Positions 8,444 through 16,554 of a stretch of DNA of 29,905 bases are shown piece after piece (the first letter of the stretch is position 1; each line of letters starts with the position of its first letter). Source of the DNA: a virus. The stretch lies in the IMG/VR virus record IMGVR_UViG_2724679704_000001; one strand, given 5' to 3'. The notes beneath the pieces are model-generated. The model did not search any database. It worked only from the letters and a program-made list of their open reading frames with translations, and had not been told where the DNA came from. The position numbers and the translations under genes are program-made.

Positions 8444-9655
8444 TCACAAACCCATATCACTACCCCCTTTCCCCTCTTCAACGGATACGTCCATTACCTG
8501 TGCCATGGGGAATCGTCGCGCCTGTACACGATAGGCAAGCCGTTCAATCAGAAGCTCAGCAGGCGGGAGCGCAAACTCCTCTCCTAATTGGGTCCGCGTG
8601 ACATCGTACAGTTCGAATGGATCGACGTCGGGATCAGTCCAAAGGCGTTCAATCGTTCCGTAGGTATCTGAAGTGTCAAGACCATGCTGGCGGAACCGGT
8701 CGAGTGAGTCTGCTGCTGGAGAGAGTGCTTGGCGGGTCACGCGAAGATCCACTTCACCATCCTCATTGTTGGCGTACAGCGCGCGTTGAATCGCCTGCTC
8801 GACCCGCCAAGTTGGCGCATCACTAGCAAGATTGAATCCGAGCCAACATAAGGCGACAACATCGGTTGCTGCGGTAGTGGTTGGGGATAGTTCATCACTC
8901 CCCGCGTCAAACACCTGTTGGATGTCCTCATCTGGGAGCTGTTTGGCGAGCAACTGAAGATCCTGTAGTGATGCTTCAAGCCGCTCACGAAGTCGAGTTC
9001 GGAGTTTAGTGTCCGCTGACTTCGAACAGAGATCAGTTGTGTATAGTTCGCGTCGTTCGGCAGATGACAGAACCCCTTCCGGGAGCTCTGGGATGTCGGG
9101 TTCTCGGATATTGATATGTGTATTCTCAGTCACCCGAGCGGGAGTATCAGGAGAAACCGTCTTGATCCGAGCGTAGTATGGAACAGCAGTATCAGCAGTA
9201 CCTACATCGGTGGGCCGAAACTCAACAATGCCCGCGTCATGTGCGACCGCATCAACGAGTTTAGCAGAGGTTACTGAACACTGTTTGAGGATATCGGTGG
9301 CTGTGGTATCCACAGGAACGACGGTAAACTGGTTCGCCTCTGGTAGCGTGACTCCGGAGACAGAAATGCGTTCACTAGGCCCACAGACCAGTGCCGAGAA
9401 GACCGGGATATCCGTGAGCAGTTCGTCCGTGCTCACATCGAGTCCAGTCGACTCTCCTGTCTCAGCGACAGCATACGCGTGGTCGCCATTACTCGTCGAA
9501 AGTTGAACGACCTCGCCTGTCTGGACACCAATCTTCCCGAGAGTGTCTGCCGTCAGTACAGCCGTCGATGGGTGGTGCTCGGACGCTGTCGTGCGGTCGA
9601 TGACAACCTCAACCGACGACTCACCATCGTCGCCTTCTCTGATTTCGGGAGTCAT
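8444..9655 (-). CDS. Cdc48/VAT N-domain-like region fused to a helical C-terminal domain; no AAA ATPase
   Basis: AVLTADTLGKIGVQTGEVVQL, ERISV...EANQFTVVP and TVSPDTPARVTENTHINIRE parallel the two CDC48 N-terminal subdomains; no Walker motifs follow. Confidence 0.65.
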   Translation of the reverse strand: MTPEIREGDDGESSVEVVIDRTTASEHHPSTAVLTADTLGKIGVQTGEVVQLSTSNGDHAYAVAETGESTGLDVSTDELLTDIPVFSALVCGPSERISVSGVTLPEANQFTVVPVDTTATDILKQCSVTSAKLVDAVAHDAGIVEFRPTDVGTADTAVPYYARIKTVSPDTPARVTENTHINIREPDIPELPEGVLSSAERRELYTTDLCSKSADTKLRTRLRERLEASLQDLQLLAKQLPDEDIQQVFDAGSDELSPTTTAATDVVALCWLGFNLASDAPTWRVEQAIQRALYANNEDGEVDLRVTRQALSPAADSLDRFRQHGLDTSDTYGTIERLWTDPDVDPFELYDVTRTQLGEEFALPPAELLIERLAYRVQARRFPMAQVMDVSVEEGKGGSDMGL

Positions 9656-10395
9656 TGACGAGCCTCAACTGGGAGTGGCTGTCCACGGACGGTATCGGCA
9701 ACGTGGGATGCTACTTGCTCCACGAGTTTGTCCGGGGGGTCACTGTCGGCTTGCTCAAGGAGCGTTTCTGTCACCACCACTATGCCCCATGAGAGTGGCT
9801 CAATGGCGACGGCCAGCGCAATCCTTGGCTTGTCAGTCGACAGGTCGATCTCGGCTGGGACCGCACACTGCGGCTTGCTCATAGCTGCGGTACTCTGGTC
9901 ACGTAGCCAATCGTCAGTGGGTGTGATACCAAGCTCGGCCCACGCTGTGCTCATCAGCTTCCAGTTCTTGGTTTTCTGAGCGAGCGTCACTTCGTGGAGT
10001 TTTTCAACTGCTTGCGAGCGATTAAGTGAGCCCTCCTGATCATCAGGCCGAGCTACCTCAACGGCGACATCGATGTGCCCAAACTCAGGAGGTAGCTCAG
10101 AGTCAGTAACGAAGCGCCGCTCAGCGTATCTCGGTGAAACCGACTCGTCTTTTCGCGGGTGACTGCGCGACCTGACGCCACGCACGGTCGATGATGTAAT
10201 GTCATCTTGTCTGCCAATAACTGGTGGCGTCGGAGACCCTGGGACCCAACCACTTGGAAGCTCACCGACCTCAGGGAGAAGATCCCTAAGCGAGGGTGGG
10301 TTATCGACGGTTTCCTCGGTGTCGGAGGTGGAGTGGCTGGACAGTCGTGGAACAAGCGCGAGCGATGTCGTGGCGAGTACGGTTCGTCGGTTCAT
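9652..10395 (-). CDS. Putative Tat-exported protein
   Basis: MNRRTVLATTSLALV twin-arginine-like start; its stop overlaps the next start (ATGA 9652-9655). Confidence 0.6.
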   Translation of the reverse strand: MNRRTVLATTSLALVPRLSSHSTSDTEETVDNPPSLRDLLPEVGELPSGWVPGSPTPPVIGRQDDITSSTVRGVRSRSHPRKDESVSPRYAERRFVTDSELPPEFGHIDVAVEVARPDDQEGSLNRSQAVEKLHEVTLAQKTKNWKLMSTAWAELGITPTDDWLRDQSTAAMSKPQCAVPAEIDLSTDKPRIALAVAIEPLSWGIVVVTETLLEQADSDPPDKLVEQVASHVADTVRGQPLPVEARQ

Positions 10396-10471
10396 GATGT
10401 TCGAAGTCGGCGATGTGTGGTTGGCGGTTGATACAACCTGCTCTGAGGGGACGAATGGCAGCTGACCGCAG

Positions 10472-12358
10472 TCAGGCTTCGATACGGCCGCTCACCTCCG
10501 TCGCAACCGCAGTGGCGTTCTCACAGATCGCAGTAATGACCGGTTCTATCGCAGTTCCGTGATACGAAAGCTGGATGGAGTAGGGCGGCTGACTCGAACT
10601 GACCGAAATGGTTGCGTAAAACCGATCGGCGTCCGTGAGGGTGTCATCCATCTCTTTGGCGACCGTAGCGGCATCGCCACGGGCACTGTGTGTTGACCGC
10701 TCTGCGTGTGACGGGCCGAAAGAGGCAGACAGCCGCACGTCATCAGTTGCGAATAGGTGGGGATACTCTGTCCGGAGCAATGGCACGTCGTCATTACGGA
10801 TATAGTACCGATCTGAAGCAGTCGGCGAGAGGTTGTTCGTCGCCCCGTCATCGATATTTAGCGAGTCACCGCTGAGGTTGAACTTCTCCGCGAGCCCCGG
10901 CACAGCCGAGCGCCACTCGTTCAGATCAGAAGGAACACTGTAGACGTAGCACAGATGCCCCTCCTGGACGCCCTTTTTGAGTAAGTCCTCGACTGCTGAG
11001 TACGGTTTGTTTAGCGCGGTAGCAAGCTCATCAGGGCGTGAGGGAGTTGAATCAACAGCCTCGACAACGCGATTGAGCGTTCCTTCCGCAACGATGGTGT
11101 CACTATCGATCCCTGCGAGATTAAGGCCCGCCTCGTCAGCTGCCCGGATCCCACGTCCGAGAGCGTCGTAATCCGGACTTTCTGGTGTCGCCAGATAGAT
11201 CGCATGCTTCAGCCGGCGGTTTTCCGTCTGGCGCATGATCCGTCCAAGCCGCTGAATAAACCGGACCGAGCTGACGACGTTCGACCAGACAAGCAGCAGG
11301 TCAGCTGCCGGTAGATCGACACCTTCCTCACCTGCTGCGGTAGCGATTACGAGGTCAGTCTCGTCGCTTTTGGCGTTCTCGACAAGTTGTTTTTGTGCTC
11401 CTGTGCTAGAGTGGAGACGCCCGAGCAGTACTTCCGGGTTATACGCATCTAGTTCCTCAGCGAGCCGCTCTGCCACACAGACTCGATCGACAAACAACAC
11501 TGCTTTTTCGAACTCATGATCGGCAAGAGCGGCGCGACATGCCTCGAGTTTGTGGAGATCAGGGGCCTTGCTGAGCAGAGGCCGGAGGCGATCGCCCATC
11601 ATCTCACTCATTACCGTGTCACGCTCGAGTGTATCCGCAAGTGCCAGCGCCCCATCTCGGGCGAGCATCCGACGACCGAGTTCTGGGAGACCAGCAAACT
11701 GTGTCCCATCGAGCTTCTGCCGGAACTCATCTAGCACCCCAGAGATCTCGCGGTACGATGGTGGGTACTGAGCATCGTATACCGCCCCAAGCCAGTCCGG
11801 GACGTGCTCATCTGGTAAATCAGCGTACGCCCACCGATGTATTGGACCGACGAGTTCCTCGACCGTGGACTCCGACCGGGGAGGAATAGTGGCACTAAGC
11901 CCAAGCGAACGGTCGAACGTAGCTGTCCGCATTAGTTCGGCAAACGCATGCTGGCCGGTGGTGTGGTGGCACTCATCGACGACGACAGCGTCGAAATCAT
12001 GCTGTGCGATGTCGTTGTGTGCTGTCTGCGGCGTTGTAACGACAGCTGTTCCCTGCTCCCACTGGTTGCGTCGGTCAGCCTGCGATGTCGTCCCGTACAG
12101 CTTCTCCGTTGGGATCGTTGTGTGCTGCCGATAGTACTCGGTGGTCTGTTCGACGAGGAAGCGGGAGGGCTCAACGATGAGGATACGGTCGATACCTGGC
12201 GCTGCGAGAACTGAGCAAGCCCACGCACAGCCGACGAGCGTCTTTCCGGTCCCAGTTGGAAGACAGACGGTCGCATGGTTGCGGCCGTCAGCGTATGCGA
12301 GTGCGTCGGCTTGGTAGTCCCGAAGGTCAAGTTGCGTGAGCAAATGGTCGATACTCAT
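10472..12358 (-). CDS. SF2 DExH helicase (XPB/Hef-like core) with a C-terminal wHTH-like region
   Basis: LRDYQ Q-motif, LPTGTGKT, VVDECHH, GLSAT, EEGVDLP, FIQRLGRIMR; SD-like GGGGTGA just before ATG 12358. Confidence 0.9.
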   Translation of the reverse strand: MSIDHLLTQLDLRDYQADALAYADGRNHATVCLPTGTGKTLVGCAWACSVLAAPGIDRILIVEPSRFLVEQTTEYYRQHTTIPTEKLYGTTSQADRRNQWEQGTAVVTTPQTAHNDIAQHDFDAVVVDECHHTTGQHAFAELMRTATFDRSLGLSATIPPRSESTVEELVGPIHRWAYADLPDEHVPDWLGAVYDAQYPPSYREISGVLDEFRQKLDGTQFAGLPELGRRMLARDGALALADTLERDTVMSEMMGDRLRPLLSKAPDLHKLEACRAALADHEFEKAVLFVDRVCVAERLAEELDAYNPEVLLGRLHSSTGAQKQLVENAKSDETDLVIATAAGEEGVDLPAADLLLVWSNVVSSVRFIQRLGRIMRQTENRRLKHAIYLATPESPDYDALGRGIRAADEAGLNLAGIDSDTIVAEGTLNRVVEAVDSTPSRPDELATALNKPYSAVEDLLKKGVQEGHLCYVYSVPSDLNEWRSAVPGLAEKFNLSGDSLNIDDGATNNLSPTASDRYYIRNDDVPLLRTEYPHLFATDDVRLSASFGPSHAERSTHSARGDAATVAKEMDDTLTDADRFYATISVSSSQPPYSIQLSYHGTAIEPVITAICENATAVATEVSGRIEA

Positions 12359-12516
12359 ACTGTCACCCCTGCTCCGGGCCAATTTACAGGCGTGGTGGTT
12401 GAGGACGGGTAGTTTTGGCTGTTCATTATCGATCTAGGTTCGTGGCTTGTGGTGTCCATAGCTGTAGCTCGTCACCGGGTTTCTCCAGTAATTTCTCGCG
12501 TTCAGCGTGCTAGTGT

Positions 12517-12903
12517 CTATTCGTCGTTGTCTCGCTCGAACTTCCGGACCGTTACCTCGAGGAGATCGTCGCTCTCGAGTTCTAGGGCACGTCGTTCTCC
12601 GATTGGGATCTCAACTCGACCATCATCATCGAGGACAGCTCTGAACTCCGCATGGTCGGTGATAACGCTGGGTGAACGCGAGGGCTGTGCCGATCGCTTC
12701 GCCGTATCGTCGACGACCATCTGCATGGTCTTTTTAGCGTAGTCACCTGGCCGCCATCCGCGGTCATCCTCGAGCTTCGCGCTCGCCAGCTCAAGGACTG
12801 TCGCAAGTGCTGTCTCAAAGTCAGGAGGTTCTTTCTCGGTGTACTCTCGGTAGATATCGTTGATGTGTGCCGCTGTATCGTCGGAAAGTCGTGGTCGGGC
12901 CAT
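12517..12903 (-). CDS. AbrB/MazE/SpoVT-like DNA-binding protein
   Basis: C-terminal RAVLDDDGRVEIPIGERRALELESDDLLEVTVRK swapped-hairpin motif; start taken at MARPRLSDD (ATG 12903). Confidence 0.75.
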   Translation of the reverse strand: MARPRLSDDTAAHINDIYREYTEKEPPDFETALATVLELASAKLEDDRGWRPGDYAKKTMQMVVDDTAKRSAQPSRSPSVITDHAEFRAVLDDDGRVEIPIGERRALELESDDLLEVTVRKFERDNDE

Positions 12904-12926
12904 ATTTTGGATCCGCCTCTGGTCCA

Positions 12927-12957
12927 GAGCCGGTACCAAATGGACCGAGCCGGTACC
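12927..12957 (+). promoter_or_regulatory. Direct repeat GAGCCGGTACC x2 in a divergent promoter
   Basis: Copies at 12927-12937 and 12947-12957 (20-bp period), just before AT-rich TTAATATTAT. Confidence 0.5.
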
Positions 12958-12986
12958 TCTTAATATTATCGGCTCGCCATGGAGAC

Positions 12987-13529
12987 ATGGTAGATTTGAG
13001 TCCGTATCGTAGTTCACAGGGACAATTTGGGTTCCATATGACTGCCCGAGACAATGCCGACTCGATCCGTGATGAAGGACTCCAAGGGTCACCTACGAAT
13101 AACTCCGACACGGAACTGATCGCTGAAGCACTCGCCTCTCAGGGGTACGACAACGAATTCTTGTTTGATAGGACTGAGGTCATTTACTGTCATCTCGATC
13201 CATCCGAGGTTGTAGAGGCATACGAGATCTCCGGCGAGTTTGCGAATGATCCGGTAGTCGTCGTCGTTGACCTCGACGCCGTATCGGCGCCGTTGTACCT
13301 CGCTGATATGACTATCGCGAACGAGTTGATTGATCACCACGTGGCGCCAAACGCACCGACAACCACGGAGACGTTTGACGAGGCGGTACGGCAGTATCGT
13401 GAAAGCATCATTCGCCTCGACGGTGTTAGTTCAATTCGAAAACAGCAGGAGAAAATCGATGGCTATCCGGAATTGGTTATTGACGGAGATATACCCCCGA
13501 AGGCTATTGTCGAGAGTAGACCGATATAG
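12987..13529 (+). CDS. Putative ADP-ribosyltransferase-fold protein
   Basis: FHMTARDNADSIRDEGL resembles the H-x-T...N..SI...GL first strand of ART/Tpt1/DarT-like folds; VIYCH second strand; terminal PELVIDGDIPPKAI. Confidence 0.55.
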   Translation: MVDLSPYRSSQGQFGFHMTARDNADSIRDEGLQGSPTNNSDTELIAEALASQGYDNEFLFDRTEVIYCHLDPSEVVEAYEISGEFANDPVVVVVDLDAVSAPLYLADMTIANELIDHHVAPNAPTTTETFDEAVRQYRESIIRLDGVSSIRKQQEKIDGYPELVIDGDIPPKAIVESRPI

Positions 13530-13874
13530 GATCCGACAGTACTGGCTACCACAAGCCCATATCCGCTGAACTCCCGCGCCGACCAGTAAACGATGTAGTA
13601 ATCGGGCAGACATGATCTCCCGGCTCATTCAAGTTATAATGAAAGCGACGCAATCAGCTGGTTACTAATTACTCTGTATTTAACAATACAGAGGTTGCGG
13701 TTAGGACGATGACCACACTTGTTTCGTCACGATATGGCTGAACTACTCGTCTGCTGTCCCTACATATCGCACGGAGACAATAACAGGAGAGACTATTGAA
13801 GTGATGAGTTAACAGCAGCTTCGGGTCTAATAAATATAAAAAGACATTACCAATTACATAGCTAAGTATACAAA

Positions 13875-14171
13875 ATGCCCCGGGAGAAACACTGCGATTC
13901 CTGTAACCGCACATTTGAATGTCCTAGTAAAAGAGAGACTCATGAAAAATTCAGAGACCATCTTTTGGAAAGGCATGAAGAAGAGCTGAGGAATCTTTTC
14001 AGACTGAATTATGATGGTAAAGATTGTATGAGTTGTTCCAGACCAATCCACATGAGCGAGAAAACAGAGACGGACTTAGCTTGTCCGTACTGTAGCCACG
14101 ATCATTCAAAATGGTATGCAGGCTCAGTTGTCGTGGGTTGGAATTATTTCCTTAGAGAATTCGACCTTTAG
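13875..14171 (+). CDS. Double zinc-finger protein (C2H2-like plus C4)
   Basis: CDSC...HLLERH and CMSC...CPYC in 98 aa; TATA-like TAAATATAAAA upstream. Confidence 0.7.
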   Translation: MPREKHCDSCNRTFECPSKRETHEKFRDHLLERHEEELRNLFRLNYDGKDCMSCSRPIHMSEKTETDLACPYCSHDHSKWYAGSVVVGWNYFLREFDL

Positions 14172-14352
14172 AATATCAGTAAATAGAATATCTGTATTGA
14201 GCGAACAGTGGATCGCTGTTCGCTAGAAAGTGCGTAACCGATACGCGCTCTGTATTCAGCAAATCGTTGAGAACAGATCACCAGTTGAGAATTTTAATAG
14301 AGACTAATTCTACACGTACGCACCATTCGAGGCTGAAGAAGTAGGTCGTATG

Positions 14353-15174
14353 TCAGTGAGCGTCAATATCGGTGGCCTCCTCCAGCCGCTCAACACGCTC
14401 GCACAACTCTCCGAGGTCAGGGCCCTCAGTTCGGGCTTCCTCCAGCGGTCGGACATCGGTGAGCGCTTCGTCGATACGGTCGTCTTCAGCCTCGCCACCG
14501 AGGTAGAGGTTGCGCCGATCTTCGTGGAGGCTCCGGAGTGTCGACTCGGCGATGCCGGTGTCGTCAGCGACAGTCGCAAACGACTCACCGCGGTCGACGC
14601 GGGCGAGGGCCTCGCGAGTATGGAGGAATTCGGCCGGATCAACGCGGAGGTACCCATCTTCGACGACGAACCCCGCAGGCGGTCTCCCAGTCCACTTTCC
14701 GGCGGACTGTGCAGCCCGGACGCCCGACCGAATTCGCTGAAGGTTTTGCTGGTGTTCTATCTGGGCGAGGTCGCCCATCAACCGAGCAACCATGCTGTAT
14801 ATTGTCTGCTGGAGCTCGCCGTCGTCGACGTGAATCTTCAGGCCGACGTCGAGGGCTTCGACGCCGGTATCGTGTTCCAAGCAGTGCTGGATGAATTCGT
14901 GAATCTCAGTCGGACCGAGCCGAGAGAGCCGGCTGATCTCATGAACAACCACGAGATCGAACCGTCCCTCCTCAACGTCTTCGAGGAGGTGGTTGTACAC
15001 CTCGCGAGTGTCGGTGTCGGCGGCGCCGGAGACAATTTCAGGATACTCCTCAATGTCTTCGACACCGAGACGCTCTAGGTGTTCGTGTGCTTCGTCGAGC
15101 TGCCGAGACACGTCCTGGTCCGATGTCGAAACTCGGGCGTAGATTGCTGCGTCTGAGGGTCCGTTTTCGCTCAC
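14353..15174 (-). CDS. Serine recombinase (resolvase/invertase family) with C-terminal HTH
   Basis: AAIYARVSTSDQ catalytic motif, VVHEISRLSR, GKWTGRPPAGF, HTH FATVADDTGIAESTLRSL; visibly GC-richer than its flanks. Confidence 0.93.
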   Translation of the reverse strand: MSENGPSDAAIYARVSTSDQDVSRQLDEAHEHLERLGVEDIEEYPEIVSGAADTDTREVYNHLLEDVEEGRFDLVVVHEISRLSRLGPTEIHEFIQHCLEHDTGVEALDVGLKIHVDDGELQQTIYSMVARLMGDLAQIEHQQNLQRIRSGVRAAQSAGKWTGRPPAGFVVEDGYLRVDPAEFLHTREALARVDRGESFATVADDTGIAESTLRSLHEDRRNLYLGGEAEDDRIDEALTDVRPLEEARTEGPDLGELCERVERLEEATDIDAH

Positions 15175-15584
15175 GTTTTCGAGGACGTGCTATCATTTCA
15201 AACAAGTGGGGGTTATCGCGGTTCCGTGTAAACCACTAGGTTTTCGCAATAATTAACCTCAAGAGATTACTCCCTCAAGACTTGTCTATGAGCGAAGTGG
15301 TCTACGTGATTCGGATTTTTACCTCGAATATTCTGGGGCTCAAAAACGCGCTGACGGTGACTGTCAGGACGATCCTCAGCGACGTAGTTTTTCCCGTCCA
15401 TCCGTGCGGCTTTCTGCCAACCCCTCTATATTGCTTGGAAGACAAACTGTGGTCTTGTAGGCCTTCGAGCTTATGATGAATCAGAAGAGGACTTTGACCT
15501 CGAAGAGTTGCGCTTGGTCGTCTGGGCGGATGCGGTTTGATTGACTAGTCCTTCGAATATAGGGATGATTTCCTTTTATTTATT

Positions 15585-15983
15585 TTATTGTACCTGCTCT
15601 CTTGCGGACTTCAATTCTGTATCACCGAACTCAACAGTTTCTTCAATCCCGCCTCGCCGTGCCTGTTCGAGCCGGATGTACATTTTTTTAGGAGATATTG
15701 TCTCGGTAATTTCTTCATACATCTCAGCACCAAGTCCTTCGGCAGTGATCTCAACATCACGATACGATTCAAGGAACTTTTTCAGGCTCTTGCTCTCGAC
15801 ACAGTCTTCGGAAGGAACGTATTTTAGAGTGAACTCATAGTAATCAGGCCCTCCGAAGTCGAACGGACAGAGTGCTGTTACTTCGTCTGTTTCAAACGTA
15901 TACACCTGAGCGACTGACGTCTCCGGGGCTTCAAAAGAGTCCAGTAAGGAACTTCGTTCAGAACTGGAAGAGGACTGTGACAT
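15585..15983 (-). CDS. queF: QueF-type preQ0 nitrile reductase (unimodular T-fold)
   Basis: ALCPFDFGGPDY (catalytic Cys and Asp), QueF motif ESKSLKKF, second Glu 19 residues after the motif Glu, terminal RRGGI. Confidence 0.82.
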   Translation of the reverse strand: MSQSSSSSERSSLLDSFEAPETSVAQVYTFETDEVTALCPFDFGGPDYYEFTLKYVPSEDCVESKSLKKFLESYRDVEITAEGLGAEMYEEITETISPKKMYIRLEQARRGGIEETVEFGDTELKSAREQVQ

Positions 15984-16017
15984 AGTACAATCTACGTGTC
16001 CCCTCTAATAAACGCTC

Positions 16018-16554
16018 TCACTTACTCAGGTGCCGTTCCATCTGATACATTTCTCGACCACCATTTGTAAAGTACGAATCAACTTTGTGAAACCCGATAG
16101 CCTCCCAGAATTGTACTGCGGGAGCTTCGGCTGCAACGTCCGCGATTATTGATTCCTTATTATGCTCTTTTGCAAATTCAATAGCCTTTTTCACCAAGTA
16201 CTGTCCGATTCCATAGCCTCGATAATCTGGTGAAACAGCAACAAGGCGTATTTGTGCTTCCGTTTGGTCAAGCACTCTCGATTCACACCAAACCATGAGT
16301 CCGCCGATGATCGCATCGTGGGGTGCAAAATAAAACAACCGTCGGTCAGGCCGTGACGCTGCACGTTCCAGGGTGTCCCGATGAGTGAACCAATGGAGTT
16401 CAGATTTGATCTGATTAGAATTAAAAAAAGAATTCAATTCTGATACCGATCTCTCACTTTTGCTAATTGATTTGACAAGGAAGTCAGAGATCTGGAGGTC
16501 GACTGTAGTTGGCACTGCCGTAGAATTATTTGATCGTTGAATATTTGTTGTCAT
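16018..16554 (-). CDS. GNAT-family N-acetyltransferase
   Basis: IRLVAVSPDYRGYGIGQYLV acetyl-CoA motif A, AVQFWEAIGF motif B; ATGA overlap with the upstream ATPase. Confidence 0.9.
   Translation of the reverse strand: MTTNIQRSNNSTAVPTTVDLQISDFLVKSISKSERSVSELNSFFNSNQIKSELHWFTHRDTLERAASRPDRRLFYFAPHDAIIGGLMVWCESRVLDQTEAQIRLVAVSPDYRGYGIGQYLVKKAIEFAKEHNKESIIADVAAEAPAVQFWEAIGFHKVDSYFTNGGREMYQMERHLSK

Noticed and set aside
14350-15078. 242-aa plus-strand ORF
   Set aside because: Antisense shadow of the serine recombinase in GC-rich sequence.
15282-15476. 64-aa ORF upstream of the recombinase
   Set aside because: Atypical composition and no motif; more likely promoter or res region.
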